From NCBI GenBank assembly GCA_044892525.1, contig CM097885.1, positions 35,962,001 to 36,026,000 of the forward strand: a stretch of 64,000 bases of DNA. The letters run 5' to 3'. The translations under genes were made by a program, and so were the position numbers. Position 1 is the first letter of the stretch. Every line of letters starts with the position of its first letter. The DNA comes from Schmidtea polychroa. Taxonomy: Eukaryota. This document shows positions 1-20,175 of the stretch, piece by piece. The notes below the pieces were generated by a model that was not told where the DNA came from, did not search any database, and saw nothing but the letters and a program-made list of their open reading frames with translations.

Positions 1-305
<305 letters not shown>

Positions 306-351
306 GAAATTCTAAATATTATGCTTTAAATATACACTCAAACTAAAATTT

Positions 352-709
352 ATTAACACATTCACATTCATCATCTCCACATTTCATAACATTTTCAACA
401 ACATGATCTATACAATCGTTATATACACGCGGTCAGTATCCGTAAATTCCTCCATAGGTTCATCAATTTCTTGAATGCTTTCCTCATCATCTTGAGTGTT
501 TTCTTCATCAGTTTCATCAAATCCCGAATCTTCACTCTCTGCTACCCAGTCTATATTTAATGCATTTGTAACAGATAATATATCATTCATTTTCACACCA
601 GATATTTCTGCTAATTTTCCCAATAAAAAGTTTATTACAAATTCTAAATATTAAATAATTCGATAAGTAACTAATCATATTAACCTTTTTCTGTAGTCAT
701 TATTAGCAT
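352..709 (-). pseudogene. Polinton acidic small protein, frameshifted copy of 42393-42778, with a 41-nt intron at 644-684
   Basis: KLAEISGVKM..ILS.TNALNI.W is shared with the intact copy, and the intron has the same position and length. The C-terminal DCIDHVVEN.MKCGDD is in a shifted frame. Confidence 0.8.
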
Positions 710-828
710 TTTAAAACTATAGTGTATATTTGTTTACAGAATGTCTTTGTTAAATTTTTTGTATTAGTATAGAAAATAAGTGAAAAACAAATATGACTAA
801 ATACATTTATTAAATACATCATCATTTA

Positions 829-1248
829 TTAAAATATCTGTGAAAGTCTAGCAGACATAATTTTCCAAATTGGAGAATACACATCATTATTATCAACTTT
901 ATATCCTTGGATTGCAATTGTTATATACCAATTTTCATTTTCTTTGAAGCTGATTTCATCAACGGAATCATAAAATCTTGCATATCGGTTGTTGAAAAAT
1001 GCATGTTGATTACATGATAGATTCGTATTCAACCGTTTAAAAACCTCATCAATAGATTTAATATCTATCATTGAAAGTGTGCCGGATACGAATTGAAATT
1101 GAGTAGGAATTAGCTTGATCGGTGACACCAATTTCATATTGATTTCTTCTTTTAAAAAATACATTTTGTAGTTGTGGAACATTTGAACAGGTTGTACAAG
1201 TTCTGGAACAACTTTTGGATTTTCAGTGCTTGAAAATTTCTTTGTCAT
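829..1248 (-). CDS. Polinton accessory protein, near-identical homologue of 41856-42266
   Basis: Intact 139-aa ORF; the C-terminal ISFKENENWYITIAIQGYKVDNNDVYSPIWKIMSARLSQIF is identical to the intact copy. Confidence 0.8.
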   Translation of the reverse strand: MTKKFSSTENPKVVPELVQPVQMFHNYKMYFLKEEINMKLVSPIKLIPTQFQFVSGTLSMIDIKSIDEVFKRLNTNLSCNQHAFFNNRYARFYDSVDEISFKENENWYITIAIQGYKVDNNDVYSPIWKIMSARLSQIF

Positions 1249-1469
1249 CTCGAATTATGATTAAAATGAAATGGTACAAGGTTTTTATACCTATGACTAT
1301 TGTTTTTCATCCAATCAGATTGCAGCATGTCTTTGTTTTAATTGCATTCAAATTGCATTGATATTGTATTGGCACATGTTTTACATTATTAAAATTATTA
1401 TTATTAATAATATTATTTCTATTACTATTTACTAAAAAAGACAAAACAAAAAATAGTTAAACATAAAGA

Positions 1470-1871
1470 TTTATTTGGATAAAATTTGACAAAAATAATA
1501 TTTGCGAAGTGTCTTTACCAAAGACCATTCGACATATCTCTGGTAGCGGAAATCGCAACAGCTACATCCCAAAATGCAAGGGTATTCTGCTTCCACTTCC
1601 TTCATTGTTCTTCCAATCTACACATCCCAGAGAAATGTATTGATAATATCAAAAATCCAGATTCTTGTTTCATTGTAAATTAAATCTGGGATTATTGCAA
1701 CATCTCGATCTTTGAGAATATCATACATTTAATAAAAATACAATCTTTCCAGTATTATTGCATGATATTCATCTGTAAATAATAATATGATAAATACAAT
1801 TAATATTAAAATTTGCCATAATGTTTATGTTCTTTCATGGCTGCTATAGCTGAACTTTGAATATTGTACAT
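1470..1871 (-). pseudogene. Degenerate copy of the Polinton CSCC-motif protein (41020-41437)
   Basis: Minus-strand translation gives IIPDLIY...FLWD...EYPCILGCSCCDFRYQRYVEWSLVKTLR with internal stops. Confidence 0.75.
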
Positions 1872-2109
1872 GGTTTAAAAATGATAACTAAACCCAAAAC
1901 ATTTTGTTATAAATAATCATCATTTAATAAGATTTCGACCAATCAGAATCATGCATTTCAATTGCACTGAATTTGCAATGATAAATAATTAATTAAGTGA
2001 TAATAAAAATCTCAAAATTCTTTTCCTTCAATTATTGATTTAATTTCAGATATGATATTATCAACTATACATTTGTAATCAATATTTTTTATTCCAAGAA
2101 TTACTATCT

Positions 2110-2504
2110 TACCGCTAGTGAATACACTTGGATTAGAGAAGCAACAATATCAAGAAAAATCGGCTGGTATACGTAAACCAAGAAGCAACCATATCGGGAA
2201 AAATCGTAAACCAAGAATCATCATCATAAACCATCATCAACAAATGTTCATATATACTAATATTATTGAGCTCATCATTGTTGGTGATTCTAGTGTTCCT
2301 TTTTTGAAATCGGTATGGATTGGAAGATATGAACACGATGAAGTTGTCAGTATAAATATAGATAATCCCATGTATTTACCAATTTCAAGCTCATGTATAA
2401 ACAATATAGAAATAAATATTCGTGACGATAGTGGAAAATTTATAAACTTTCCGAAAGATTCGAAAACTCATTTGACATTACATTTTCGTAAAGTAGATGG
2501 CTAA
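2110..2504 (+). pseudogene. Minor capsid (penton) C-terminal fragment
   Basis: HHQQMFIYTNIIE..IVGDSSVP.LKSVW...IEINIRDDSGK.INF....KTHLTLHFRK matches 37058-38131; the N-terminal two thirds are deleted. Confidence 0.9.
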
Positions 2505-2858
2505 TTCAGATATTATTAGTATGTATAATGATAGCCAAACTGGCGGTGAATTACCATATTTCGTTGGTAAACAGTACGGATCAGGTTGGTTAAAAACAAT
2601 AAGGAGATTTGCATTACTTATTCTTAAACGTATTGGTAGTTTTGGCATGAAAACTGCTAAAAACGTGATTATGAATGAACAGAAAATATTACCATCTCTA
2701 AAAACAAATGCTTTGGCTGAGTTAGGGAAGGTTCTACCTGGAGTTGCTGGTATGTTTCAAAAGATACGCTTTCAGCCCCAGCTCCAAAACGTAAAGGACA
2801 TGGAAAATCGCGTATAAATAAACGAATGAAAGGACATGGAACTATATTTGCTAAATGG
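2497..2858 (+). pseudogene. Core protein (QxGG/QYGSG family), frameshifted near the C-terminus
   Basis: Homologous to 36700-37071. Confidence 0.85.
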
Positions 2859-3171
2859 TTTGTGGTAAATCCGAATTATGTATATTTGATAGACCATCGC
2901 CTCAAGCGGTAATCGAATTTGGGGCCTTTGAGGAAGTTTTTCCTATGAATTCACTTACTGATAGTAGAAATGATATCGAGTTTATATTAATGGTTCGCAA
3001 ACTGAATATTTAGATTTGAACGATACTTTATTGACTGTTCAGATCAAGGTTGTAGATAAAGATAAAAAGGTTTTGGATGCCAATGCTGATGTATTGCCGA
3101 ACAATTTCATGTTTCATACTTTTTTTAAAGATGCAGTGTTGGGATTTAATAATATCAAGATTGAGGGTGAT

Positions 3172-3175
<4 letters not shown>
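2855..3175 (+). pseudogene. Major capsid protein N-terminal fragment
   Basis: MVCGKSELCIFDRPSPQAVIEFGAFEEVFPMNS matches the intact MCP; there is a frameshift and the gene is truncated at the (AAT)n tract. Confidence 0.9.
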
Positions 3176-3625
<450 letters not shown>

Positions 3626-3629
3626 ATAA

Positions 3630-6600
3630 TAATATTAATCAAATAGGTTTTGGTGTCGTAGATGTCACCAGTGATATAAATAATAATCATATTATATTAA
3701 AAATGGACGTTTCGTCTTTAGATTTAAAAATGTCTCTGTGCCAGACATTGTAATAAATAAATTAAATTTCTATGTAAATTAAAATCATGTAAAATTCAAT
3801 TTTGTCTAAAGGTGGAATTTATAAAAGATGATGAGTTACAATCTTTTGTAATCTCGAATTCCGCCCGAGTTTGGAGCGACACATTCATTGACGAAGGTAT
3901 TGCTCGTTTAAATGAAAAAATAATTAAAATTAATGAGAAAGGTAGTAATTGGACTATCAATAAAATCGATTACATAAGCTTTGTTCTGACTCAATTTGCT
4001 GAAATAAGTCGGTTAAGTGTCAAAAGATTTATTGAAACCCCAAAATCTTTAAGAAAATTAAGCTGTCTCATTAATGTAGTTAATAATGCCCACTTCTGCT
4101 TTTTTGTATAGTTTCTTGTCAATTATTAAATATGACAGTATAAATAGGCAATATAGAAATCGTCCTAATTCCTACAATCTTTCTGATATTAAATTTGATA
4201 CTAATGATATGCCGATGAAACTATCAAATATAGGTAAATTTGAACAACAAAATCCAGGTTATAGTATTAATGTTCTTACTTACAACAAAAAGGCTTTGAT
4301 AGACATTTCTGATGAAGATGCAGTTATGAAGTATCCCTTTATTGATATAATATACAGGAGTAAGATAGTAGGAGCCATATTGTAACACCTTATTATTATA
4401 AAAATTATCAAAAGAAAATGATAATTACAGATGAACAACAATTAATGTTTGAAAACAGCACATCATGTTATTTGTGCAATGAGCCTTTAGTTAGTCCAGT
4501 TAGGGACCATGATCATTTTACCGGTCTATATCTTGGTGCCGCTTGTACAACTTGTAATCTGTCGAGGCAAATTAGACATACCCTTCCTGTTGTATTTCGT
4601 AATTTAAAGGGTTATGATCTGCATCATATCTTGAAATTTGGCCTTTCAAAATATCATTCATGGAATATTAGCTGTATTCCTTTAACCAGCGAGAAATTCT
4701 TTAGTCTTTTTGCTAGGATTGACTCATTAACTGTTAAATTTATAGACTCTTATCAATTTGTTAGCGAGTCTTTAAATAATGCTGTCAAAACTTTATCATC
4801 TTTACCCTTGACCGAATCAGAATTTCAGGGTACAATAATAACTGCAAAGGGAATTTTTCCTTATGATGCCGCAACTTCATTAGAGGTTTTACATAACACT
4901 CGTCAGTTACCTCCTATTTGTAAAGATGTGACTCCCGCTGAATATGAGACAGCTCAGAGAATTTGGCTAGCGAGTCTTTAAATAATGCTGTCAAAACTTT
5001 ATCATCTTTTCCCTTGACCGAAACAGAATTTCAGGGTACAATAATAACTTCAAAGGGAATTGAAATTTCATTGATTACTTCACTTTTTGATTACATGATG
5101 GTTTATTTAAAACTTGATGTTTTCCTTTTAGCCGATTTTTTTCCAGCAATTTAGAGCTAAGTCCATTGCTCATAACCGACTAGAGCCATTAAATTTCTTA
5201 GGGATTCCAGGTATGTCTTGGAATTCCGCCTTATTAACTTTAAACTCTCCAATTGAGCTCCTCACCGATATTGAGATGTATAACTTTTTCGAGGGCGGTA
5301 TCCGTGGCGGACTAACTTTTGTAAAAAAACACTATGTAAAAACAGACCCGGATACCGCTTTGCTTTACATAAATATAAATAATTTATACGGTTGGGCTTT
5401 AAGTCAACCATTACCTTGCAGTAAGTTTGATTGGGTTACAGATGATAATTTATTAAACAATATAATTGTTGAGTGCACAGCGGTAGATTTAGATCTGCTT
5501 GATTATGGTTATATCATAGAAGTGGATTTAGAAATACCAACGTCAATTCACGACAAACTGGACGATCTTCCCGTTGCCGCTGAAAAGATGTGTGTACCGG
5601 GTTCGAAAATAGAGAAGCTGTTGCTTACACACAGCCCCAAGAGGAACTACGTTCTTCATTGGAGGCTTCTACAAATATTTATTAAATTAGGTGTTAAAAT
5701 ATCAAAAACACATAGAGCAATTAAATTTAAACAAGATAAAATTTTCAAAAATTATATTAACACAAATACGGCGTTACGAGCAGCGTCGACAAATAAACTC
5801 GATAAAACTTTTTATAAATTATTAAACAACAGTCTTTGACTGTTGAAAATCTTAAAAAACGTATTAATTTACGTCTGTGTAATTCTTCACAGAAATTATT
5901 AACATTCTGTTCGAAACCGACTTTTCGTAAATCCACGAAAATCGATGATGACTTGATTTCGGTTTTATTGAGGAAGGATTGTATCTGTTTGAATAAACCT
6001 AGTTACATTGGTCAAACTGTACTAGATTTATCCAAACTCAGGATGTACCAGCTGCAGTATGAAGAGTTGCAAAAATCTCGCGACGAATTCAACTGCAAAA
6101 TTAATATCGTTGCTTGGAACACAGATTCCTTCTTCATGGAAATTAAACATTGTAGTCTTGACATTCTTTTACCTGTGATGATTAGAGATCAATTATTAGA
6201 TACTTCGAATTATGACCCAAATCATCCTTTATATAGTAGGAACCTTGATTCTGTCATTGGTAAATTCAAAGACAAGAATAAAGGGTTATTATATAAAGAT
6301 TGGGTGTTCTTGAGACCTAAATTTTACAGTTTGATGGGTGATGAGGAAAGTATGAAGGCTAAGGGGATTAGTATGAAAGATACTGGACTAACACATCAGT
6401 CGTATCTAGATTGTTATTTAAACGATAAAATATTCACAGTCCCTCAGTTTTGAATAACATAGAAAAATCACCAACTTTTTAGTATTAAAAATAATAAAAG
6501 AGCCTTGACATATAGAGATGATAAGCGAAATTGGGTGGATAAAAATCAAAGTTTGGCATATGGCCATTATTGGGGCGGTGACACAGATATATTTATAGAT

Positions 6601-6687
6601 TCATCAGAAGCTGTCTCAGCAAATGATCCAGATGATTTCCATGATCCAGCAGATGATAATTATTTTGGACATGATTATTTTCGATGA
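3630..6687 (+). pseudogene. Protein-primed DNA polymerase B pseudogene
   Basis: Fragments carry VRDHDHFTG, GIRGGLTFV, INNLYGWALS, KLLNNSL, YIGQTVLDLSK, GKFKD and DDKR, with many frameshifts, deletions and a local duplication near 4750-5060. Confidence 0.92.
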
Positions 6688-6901
6688 TGTGGTTAAATTA
6701 TTTAATAAATGTATTGATTTTATTGCCTTGCATATTTTTAGCAGTACCTTTGTGAACAATTTTTTACATGTATTTTTTTATACATTGTATATGTGTGTGT
6801 AATAATATGTTAAAGTTTTGCCTTGAATATTTTTAGCAGTACCTTTGTGAGCAGTACCCATAGGGGGACAGAATATCTTGTCGGATAAACTCGGAGTATA
6901 C

Positions 6902-11291
<4,390 letters not shown>

Positions 11292-11929
11292 TCTTTCGCG
11301 CGGGGGTTAATATCTTAAGATAATAATGATATTTATATATCATTAGATAGATCTTGCACTAGAATTTAAGATGAGCTATTGTATAATAAAATCGGATGAT
11401 GGGAACACTAACTTGTTGCATGACCAAAACCATGTGCCCGCTAGAACACTAATAATATTTTCAAAAATAATAATAATTTAACTTTGAAAAAGATGCTGGT
11501 CCTCAATTATTAATATCTTTAAAAGTAATAATGATAATAAATATATCTATAGCTCATTGAAAGGGTCTTGCAGTGGGGTTTAAAATGAGCCAACAGACAA
11601 TATAATATAATGATAGGAACACTAACATTTTGCATGATCAAAACCATGTGCCTGCTAGAACACTAAATAATATTTTTTATACATTGTGTGTGTGTGTGTA
11701 ATAATATGTTAAAGTTTTGCCTTGAATATTTTTAGCAGTACCTTTGTGAGCAGTACCTTTGTGGCCATTACCCTTAGGGGGTCAGAATATCTTGTCGGAT
11801 AAACTCAGACTATATATGATAATAATAATAATGCAAAGTATTTGCAAAGTATGTGCAATAATTTTATTCTGTCAACTTTAGCGTCAAAATAAGTTTTTAA
11901 AATATATTTAAAAAGTATGATGAGTCATA

Positions 11930-13547
11930 TGTCTTTGTTACATAATAGTCCTTTGTTTAAATTTATGTCTTTGTTAAATTGTCTTTGTTGCTTAATATGT
12001 CTTTATTATGTAATATGACTTTGTTATGTAATATGTTTTTGTTACGTTATATGTAAGTGTTGTGTAATATGTCTTTGTTATGTAATATGTCTTTGTTGTG
12101 TAAAATGTCTTTGTTTAAATGTCTACGACTTAACCATCTAATTTTGGTATAATAAATAAGATCTTCATATTTGTGGTCGAGTTCATTAAGTAATTCTTGA
12201 AATTGGCGATGCTTTAATGAATTATTTTTAATTGCATTAATTACCATAACAACAACTGAAATTATATGAGGCATATTTAAAACTTGTGCACATAGATTCT
12301 CAAGATGCAAAAAACTATGGCAAATAAACATTTCAAAATCATTTGAACTTTCCTCCAAAATTTTTTTTTTATGCTCAAGAATTAAATTAACAGCACTAAT
12401 TTTTTTCTAACCATTGAGGGTGCCCCATCTGTCGTGATTCTAACAAGATTTTTTAAATCTATTTGCCGAATTTCGATGCAATTTATGACTGCCTCTTTTA
12501 TATCTCTTCCGGTGGTGGTATTTTTTTAAACTTATAAGATCAAGCAATTCTTCTGTAACATTTATTTCACTAGCAACACCCCTTATAAAAATAGAAAGCT
12601 GTGCAGTATCGTTAATATCAGTTGCTTCATCCAAAGCCAGTGAGAAATAAATGAAACCTTTTTCAATTGTATTGAGCAATACCGAAATATCCGTAGAGAT
12701 ATCAGCTATTCTTCTTACTAACGATTGATGAGAGAGATTTATTTGGGCAAAATATTTAACTTTTTCTGGACATATTTCTTCGATCGCGGCAATAAGACAC
12801 TCTTTTATGTAAGCACCGTCTGAAAATGGTTTCATTTTCTTGGCAATAATGTGAGATATTCGAAAGCTAGCACATACAATGCCGTTTGATGGTGAAATTT
12901 GCTCGTTGTTGCTTTTTGTTGCGCTTTTACATTTTTCTTTAAGAGATGTAACTTGGGTTTTCGTTATTCAATATTAAGTTCATCAATGTCGCCATGCTTT
13001 TGTTTGAAATGTCTTTTCAAATTATAAGATTTTAAAATTGAAATAGAACCGTGGCAGATTAAACATACAGCTGTTTCTTTTATCTGATAGAAAAAAGACA
13101 AATCTTCCCATTCAATTTGGAAAATTCTGTTCTCATCTTCAAGCTTTCTTTTTTTTCAACTCTTCTTCCAGTCATGACTAACTATTTTACGAAAAAAATA
13201 TTAAAAAATATTAATACAATTGATTTTTTAAAAAATTAATAAAATAAAAAATCTCTAACAATTATTAATTTAATTTATCTAAAATAAAATATTTTGAACT
13301 ATTATGACCAAAGTATAACAAAGTATAATAAAATATAACTACAAGTTTTATATTTGAATGGTATTATTTTCCAATAAAATCTTATGAGAAATATATAATA
13401 GGAAAATTTAAATTTGCTAAACTGGTTTTTTTATTTAATGAATTTTTAAATATAAAATATAAAAAGTAAAAAAAAAACTTCAAGTGGGCCGCAAAATTTT
13501 TTAATTGTGCCGCTTGCGGCCCGCGGGCCGCAGGTTGACCGCCCCTG
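11930..13547 (-). mobile_element. hAT transposon (SPIN/GTF2IRD2-like), 3'-truncated, transposase pseudogene
   Basis: 5' terminus CAGGGGCGGTCAACCTGCGGCCCGCGGGCCGC at 13547; fragments AVCLIC..YNLKRHF, KPFSDG.YIKECL, SLALDEATDINDTAQLSIFIRGV, TDGAP and IRWLSR. The distal end decays into a ~18-21 bp tandem repeat. Confidence 0.85.
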
Positions 13548-14080
13548 GCTTAAATTATTATTTAATTGTTTAAAATAATAATATTCATATTAAAGAAAAA
13601 CACAACATATATAATTAAAATTTTTAAGAAAAATTTCATGAAATGATTCCTTAGTGAAATTTTAAAATTTCTTTTAGTGTTAACTAATAAAAGAAACCTT
13701 AGAGAATTGAAGGAGGTCCTATAGGACCAATTAAAACAGAAGAACTACTTGTTTAAATTAATAAGAGTATTTAAAATATTGAAGATACCTTATAAAATCT
13801 CTTTTTAATGTATTATTTTGATAATAATCTAGAAATACTTTTAAAAGTAAATGGCTTATAAATATTAATTAAATTAAAAATCTGTAAATTTTTCATTTAA
13901 TATCATGAGAATTACAGAAGGAGCAAAATGATGTTGCAGCTTTTAGTAGTAATTGACTTGAACATGCTTGCTATGTAAATTATTCTCCATTTGCATTGAA
14001 ACAAGAGTTTCTGCTTCTCTTTAGGCAGCTTCATTCAAATATCTTTACAACTTCATGGCCATCAATGCTATCGTCTATAG

Positions 14081-14620
<540 letters not shown>

Positions 14621-15289
14621 TGTTTGTATAGTTCTGGTGTTTGCTTTCTATTTACATAGAACGTTATTATACCAAAATTTATTAAAATTTTATCTTGGAT
14701 ATGAGAAATGAGAGGTTTCTCTTTTATTCATTCAACTGAGTGGTCAGTCTGGACAAATGAAGCAGACCTGATGAAACATTCATGATATATCTTGGTCACA
14801 AATTTGGTATCCAAAGTATATGTAATATATTCTCTTCCTGTCAATAGCAATAGGTTTTCGTTACATGTTAGTTGTGAACCATGAATAAATGAAGCCCTGT
14901 CTAAATGACTCTTAGATTTTTACAGCATACCAATTTATTAAAAATGTTGGAATTTTGATTGATTGTTGAATAATTAATATTTTTTCATATAAAATTAAAA
15001 AATATTATAAATTTAAAATTATAATTGATATCGTATTTATTAAAAAATTGACTATGAATCAGTAAAGATATAAAAAACATCGATATATTTACTGATTCAT
15101 AGTCAATTTTTTTATTAATACAATATCAATTGAAAAGAAATTAGAGGGTAAAATTGAAAAATATTCTTATAATAAAAATTATAAATTAGTATCAATAAAA
15201 TGTTTTCTGTAAGCAAATTATGAGTGATAAAGAAATTTCGAGCGCAGCTTTAGAATTAATATAATAATTATTAACATTATTATTATTAC

Positions 15290-15343
<54 letters not shown>

Positions 15344-16390
15344 GATTATTATTATTATTATGATTATTATTATTATTATTATTATTATTATGATTATTAT
15401 TATTATTATTAAGTCATTTCATTATTATTTAAGTTTATTTAATGAAACAAAGGAAAGAAGTAAATGTTGAGCAAACATTAACATTTAATTAATTAATGTA
15501 TATATAAATATATAAATATAAAATATGTTGAACATGCGTCAATATTTCCTGGATATAAATTACGTATCGTCTGGCAATGTATAGAGAAAGTTCTCAAATA
15601 TTTATTCGAGACTTCTGAAGTGCCATCGGTACTCAGAAAAATAAATAATTTTCTCATTTGGCTATGAAATCAACTTAATGAAAATTTATAATTGAAATTT
15701 GAACTAGTAATGTAGTTAATGAATTTTATTTGTTTTAATTTTTAATAAATAAATTTCAATTTTATTTATTAATTTCATATGAGAAAATTGGAAATTTATC
15801 ATTTGATACGAGATGACATGTAAAAATGTTTTATTGCTTTTACTGTCTGGTAACGTTATCATTTATTTGGGAAATTATATTTAATCAACTCCCAGAAGAT
15901 TAAAATTAATATTATGGTGTTCTTCATATTAAGTGAGCTTCCTACAAAAAAATTGGTGTTTACTGATTATTAAATCCCACATTCCGGTTTTTGAAAAAGT
16001 CCTAGATTTTTTAACTGAATTTATTTCCATATACACTTTGAGAAGGTGAGATTCTGCTGGGACTCACATTATAACATTTATAACAGAAGTAGTAATTTTA
16101 TCTCGCTGTTCGTTTTGCGAGTTTATTTTATTTATTATTATATGATTAAATGAACTCATATTATTTTACAAATTTCTACTTACATTCTCGCATCAATGAA
16201 TTTTTAAATTCTCCCATCTATCAGTTAATATATTATTTTGCTACTGGCTTTCCCAATACATAAATGACACAATTCTATGTGAATGTAATCCTTATTAACA
16301 TAATTTGTTGTAACAAACACCAATATTATATTATTTTTTCCTTGTAACATAGTATTTCATTTCATATGCCCCCGTTTTTATTTACAATTG

Positions 16391-17438
16391 TGTTGGGTTA
16401 TTGGGTTGGTGATAAATTTAAATGTTACTCTGACTCCAAGCGTGTCTTTCACTGATGCACAAATAACAATTAACACTGGAAACTTTATTGAATATCACAA
16501 ATATTTTCACAATGTTACAATTGACTCAACAAGCTGACTATTATACCGTGCTTATTACAACACTATGGTGAGGAATAGCACATTCATATAACTTTGATTT
16601 GACAATTCTCTCAAAACTGAGAAGTGTAATAATTGGTAATTTTAACTGGTTGTTCTCTGATTTTGACTTGATTTTACTCGCCTAACTTTATTCTATTATC
16701 AACTGAATAAACTTTTTCTAATTCTATTTATTTCTGTTTTCTTTTTAGTTTCTCTGCTTCAATTTTATTCAATTATTTCTTCTAAATTGTTCTCTCAATG
16801 ACTTCTTCAAACGGTTCACTAATACAATTCTCCTACGTCTTCTTAATATTTTAAATCGTCCTCTCTATAGTTTCTCTCCTATAATTCTTCCATAGTTTCT
16901 TCTCTATCTTTTCTTCTTCCTGTTTCTGTTGTGCCACCTACTTTTATACCTTGTCAATTTGTGGCACTTCAATTTATCTCCGATTCCACCATTTTTCCCA
17001 ACATGATTTTTATGTTTTCCCTGCGACCGAGTTATCTTTGATAGCTGTCGCAATGTTTATAATTTTTTACTTTTGCGGCTCCGGCCTGTTTTTGTTTTGT
17101 TTCTCTTATCTCTGACAAACTGTCGAGATAAAAATATTGTTGTTTTTCTTTTTTCCCGATTTCGAAATTCCTTTTCCTTTTTGTACTAATTAATTAGTAC
17201 TGACCTTGATTTTTATTTTCATCTTTGATTTCTTTTGTTTCATTCCTCTTTCTCATTTATCTTTTTTTTTAATTATCAAAACATTGTCACGATTTGTAGA
17301 CAATTCTTTTTCTCTGCTACGTCCGTTAATATACGTTTTGAAATTTTGTTATCTGCTACTGTCGTTTGTTACTGCTAAGAAACTAGTCAAATGTATTACT
17401 TCCGTATTTGTATGTTTTACAGCTTTCCTATCCTCGCA
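16391..17438 (-). mobile_element. Solo LTR related to 46000-46955
   Basis: tgttgggttattgggttggtgataaatttaaa is the reverse complement of the end of the 46-kb LTR, and internal blocks are shared (gatttcgaaattccttttcctttt). The distal boundary is uncertain. Confidence 0.65.
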
Positions 17439-18377
17439 TACAGATAGCAAAAGGGTTAATAAAACACATAATAATTGATCAAAGCCAAAAATGTTTCGAT
17501 TTCATCACTATTACTGATTTTTTTCAATTTCATTTACTTTTTTTTTACTTTTATCTGACAATTGATGAATAGTTTGTTTTATAAGTGGGATGAGTTTTCA
17601 GGATCGCTTGTTTTAAGTACTTAAAAGCACTTGAAAAAGGTAATCATCAAAATACTTTTTAAATGTAAAAGAATATTGGTCGATAGTTAAAACAGAAATA
17701 AAAATAAAATTGTCAATTTAATTTGTTGAATTTTATTTCGAATTTTGTAAATATATTTAACAATGATTGCATGGCAATACAATTCAATTATATTTTATAT
17801 GGTTGAAATTTTCCCAATTTATCTTTTGTATAGGTTTTTATGTGAGTGGAAACTTTACAAATAATTTTGTATCGTTCTTTTTGATTTATCAGTTTAAACA
17901 AATTTTTTACAAAATGATTTTTTTTCTAAATTTTCATATGGTAATTAATGAAATGTTGTGGACGCTGTTAAAAATCTTAAATTGTTCTTATTCTATACTA
18001 TAAGTTGTTTTAATCACCGATTTTTCTGCTAACGAATCAATAAAAATTTTCGACAAAAATTTTTTTTTAGAAATTGTAAAAATTTCCTCCATAACAAAAA
18101 ATTAGTGCCAATGCTTTGCAAAATTTTAATTTTAATTTAAATATTTATTTCAATTTCTAATAGTTTATGATGAAGACAGCAACATAGATAAGAATTAGTA
18201 ATGATTAAAATGTGAAGCATTTAAGTAAAATATTTTATAAATAAATGAAAAAATTTTACAATGAATCAAATCGCATTGTTAATTATTTTTTAATTTAATT
18301 AATTGGAAATTTTTATATTAGTTGAATAATCTTAATATTATTTATATTTCATTTTTAAATTAATTAATTGCTTACAG

Positions 18378-18479
18378 CATGTTAAACTCGCCGGAATATT
18401 TGCCACTAAAATTAACGAAAGTGAATTATTGGAAATAGTCCATCGGGTGGATTTTGGATTGGTCTGCTTTAAAATGAAG
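18378..18479 (+). CDS. Host PLP-dependent aromatic amino acid decarboxylase (DDC/TDC/HDC family), penultimate coding exon
   Basis: ttacag|HVKLAGIFATKINESELLEIVHRVDFGLVCFKMK|gt, phase 0/0; matches the family motif HV.LA..F......FEI......GLVCFRLK. Confidence 0.8.
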
Positions 18480-18504
18480 GTATAATCGGTTCTCTCTATA
18501 CATT

Positions 18505-18856
<352 letters not shown>

Positions 18857-19619
18857 TATAAAATTCAAATAAACTTTAATTGTTTTGTTTTTAACAGAAA
18901 TCCTGACTTATTTATTTTGACTTAGAGATGTTGTTTTCTTAATTTAATTGTTTCAAAGTTTGTAGAAGAGAAACTTGTATTAAAAGCATTGACACTAGTA
19001 GCTAGTTGCCAGTTGGTTGAAGTTAAAATTTGGAATCGAATTATTCAAAGAATAGTCAAAGAGAAGAGTAAAGTTAGAGTTAGTGAATCAAATCAATTAT
19101 AAGTAACAGAAAAGGCAGTTTTCTCTTAAAAAATATTTTCCGTATCTCTTTACTATATATTATAATTGTTCAAATGCATTATGAAAATGAGTTCTACTTT
19201 TGTTGATGAATATATTTATTTGCAACGTAATTTTTTAATGACTTTTCTGAAACTTTTGTTGACTTCATCAACATCCTCTTTATTCTTATTTCCAATTAAA
19301 TTGAAAAATAGATTCATAAACAATTTGACAGGATTTGAGAACTTGAATTTGATTTCTAAAAAACAATTAATTGTCTTTAAATGTTCAAATCGAAAAAATT
19401 CATGAAGCTACCAGTTGCAACCCAGATTCAAAATGGCAGAAGTTCCAGGACACTTCAATATAACTTTTTGATAGCTGATTGAATTTTCATAACAATTCCC
19501 ATCAGTATTTTTTAAAGGAAGAAAGTTGAAAATAAAGTATAAAGTTGAAAAACCTTTATCATAAATACACCATAACGTTAACATTTTAATTCTTTAAATG
19601 AAATGAATGAATTTTTTGC

Positions 19620-19697
<78 letters not shown>

Positions 19698-19719
19698 TGG
19701 ATAAATGCACCAGTCAAAC

Positions 19720-20175
19720 AGATTTTTACACATTATAGAAGATTATTAGAACGTTCAGGAATTTTATATCATTAATGTTCTTAAATGTGTTGACGAAAAT
19801 GAATCTATTTCCAAAAGCAACAGAAATTATAAATATATTTTGACATGTATTGATGTTTTCAGTATATTTGCTGATGCTATTCCCAGGCAAACAAAATTTG
19901 CTAAATAAATTTCAATATTTTCTGATTGTCGTTCAAATAATTTACATCGAAAATTGGAAAAAAAAATGTTTATATCATAAATATTTAATTCTAAATTTAG
20001 TTAAAAAATAATGCAGTGAAAATTTAATAAATCTTAAAGAAATAAAATAAAAAAAATTCTCTCAATTTATGTTGAGCAATTAAATTGTACATTATGAATA
20101 ATATTGTGCATCAATTGTAATAATATTATGGATAAATGTATTGCCAAAATTAATTCATAGTTACAATCATTCATT
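19720..20175 (+). pseudogene. Polinton-type integrase remnant in the decarboxylase intron
   Basis: SKSNRNYKYILTCIDVFSIFADAIP and WINVLPKLIHSYNHS resemble the intact integrase (NKYILTCINVYSRFARAIP; WVNALPKIITSYNHS). Confidence 0.7.
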
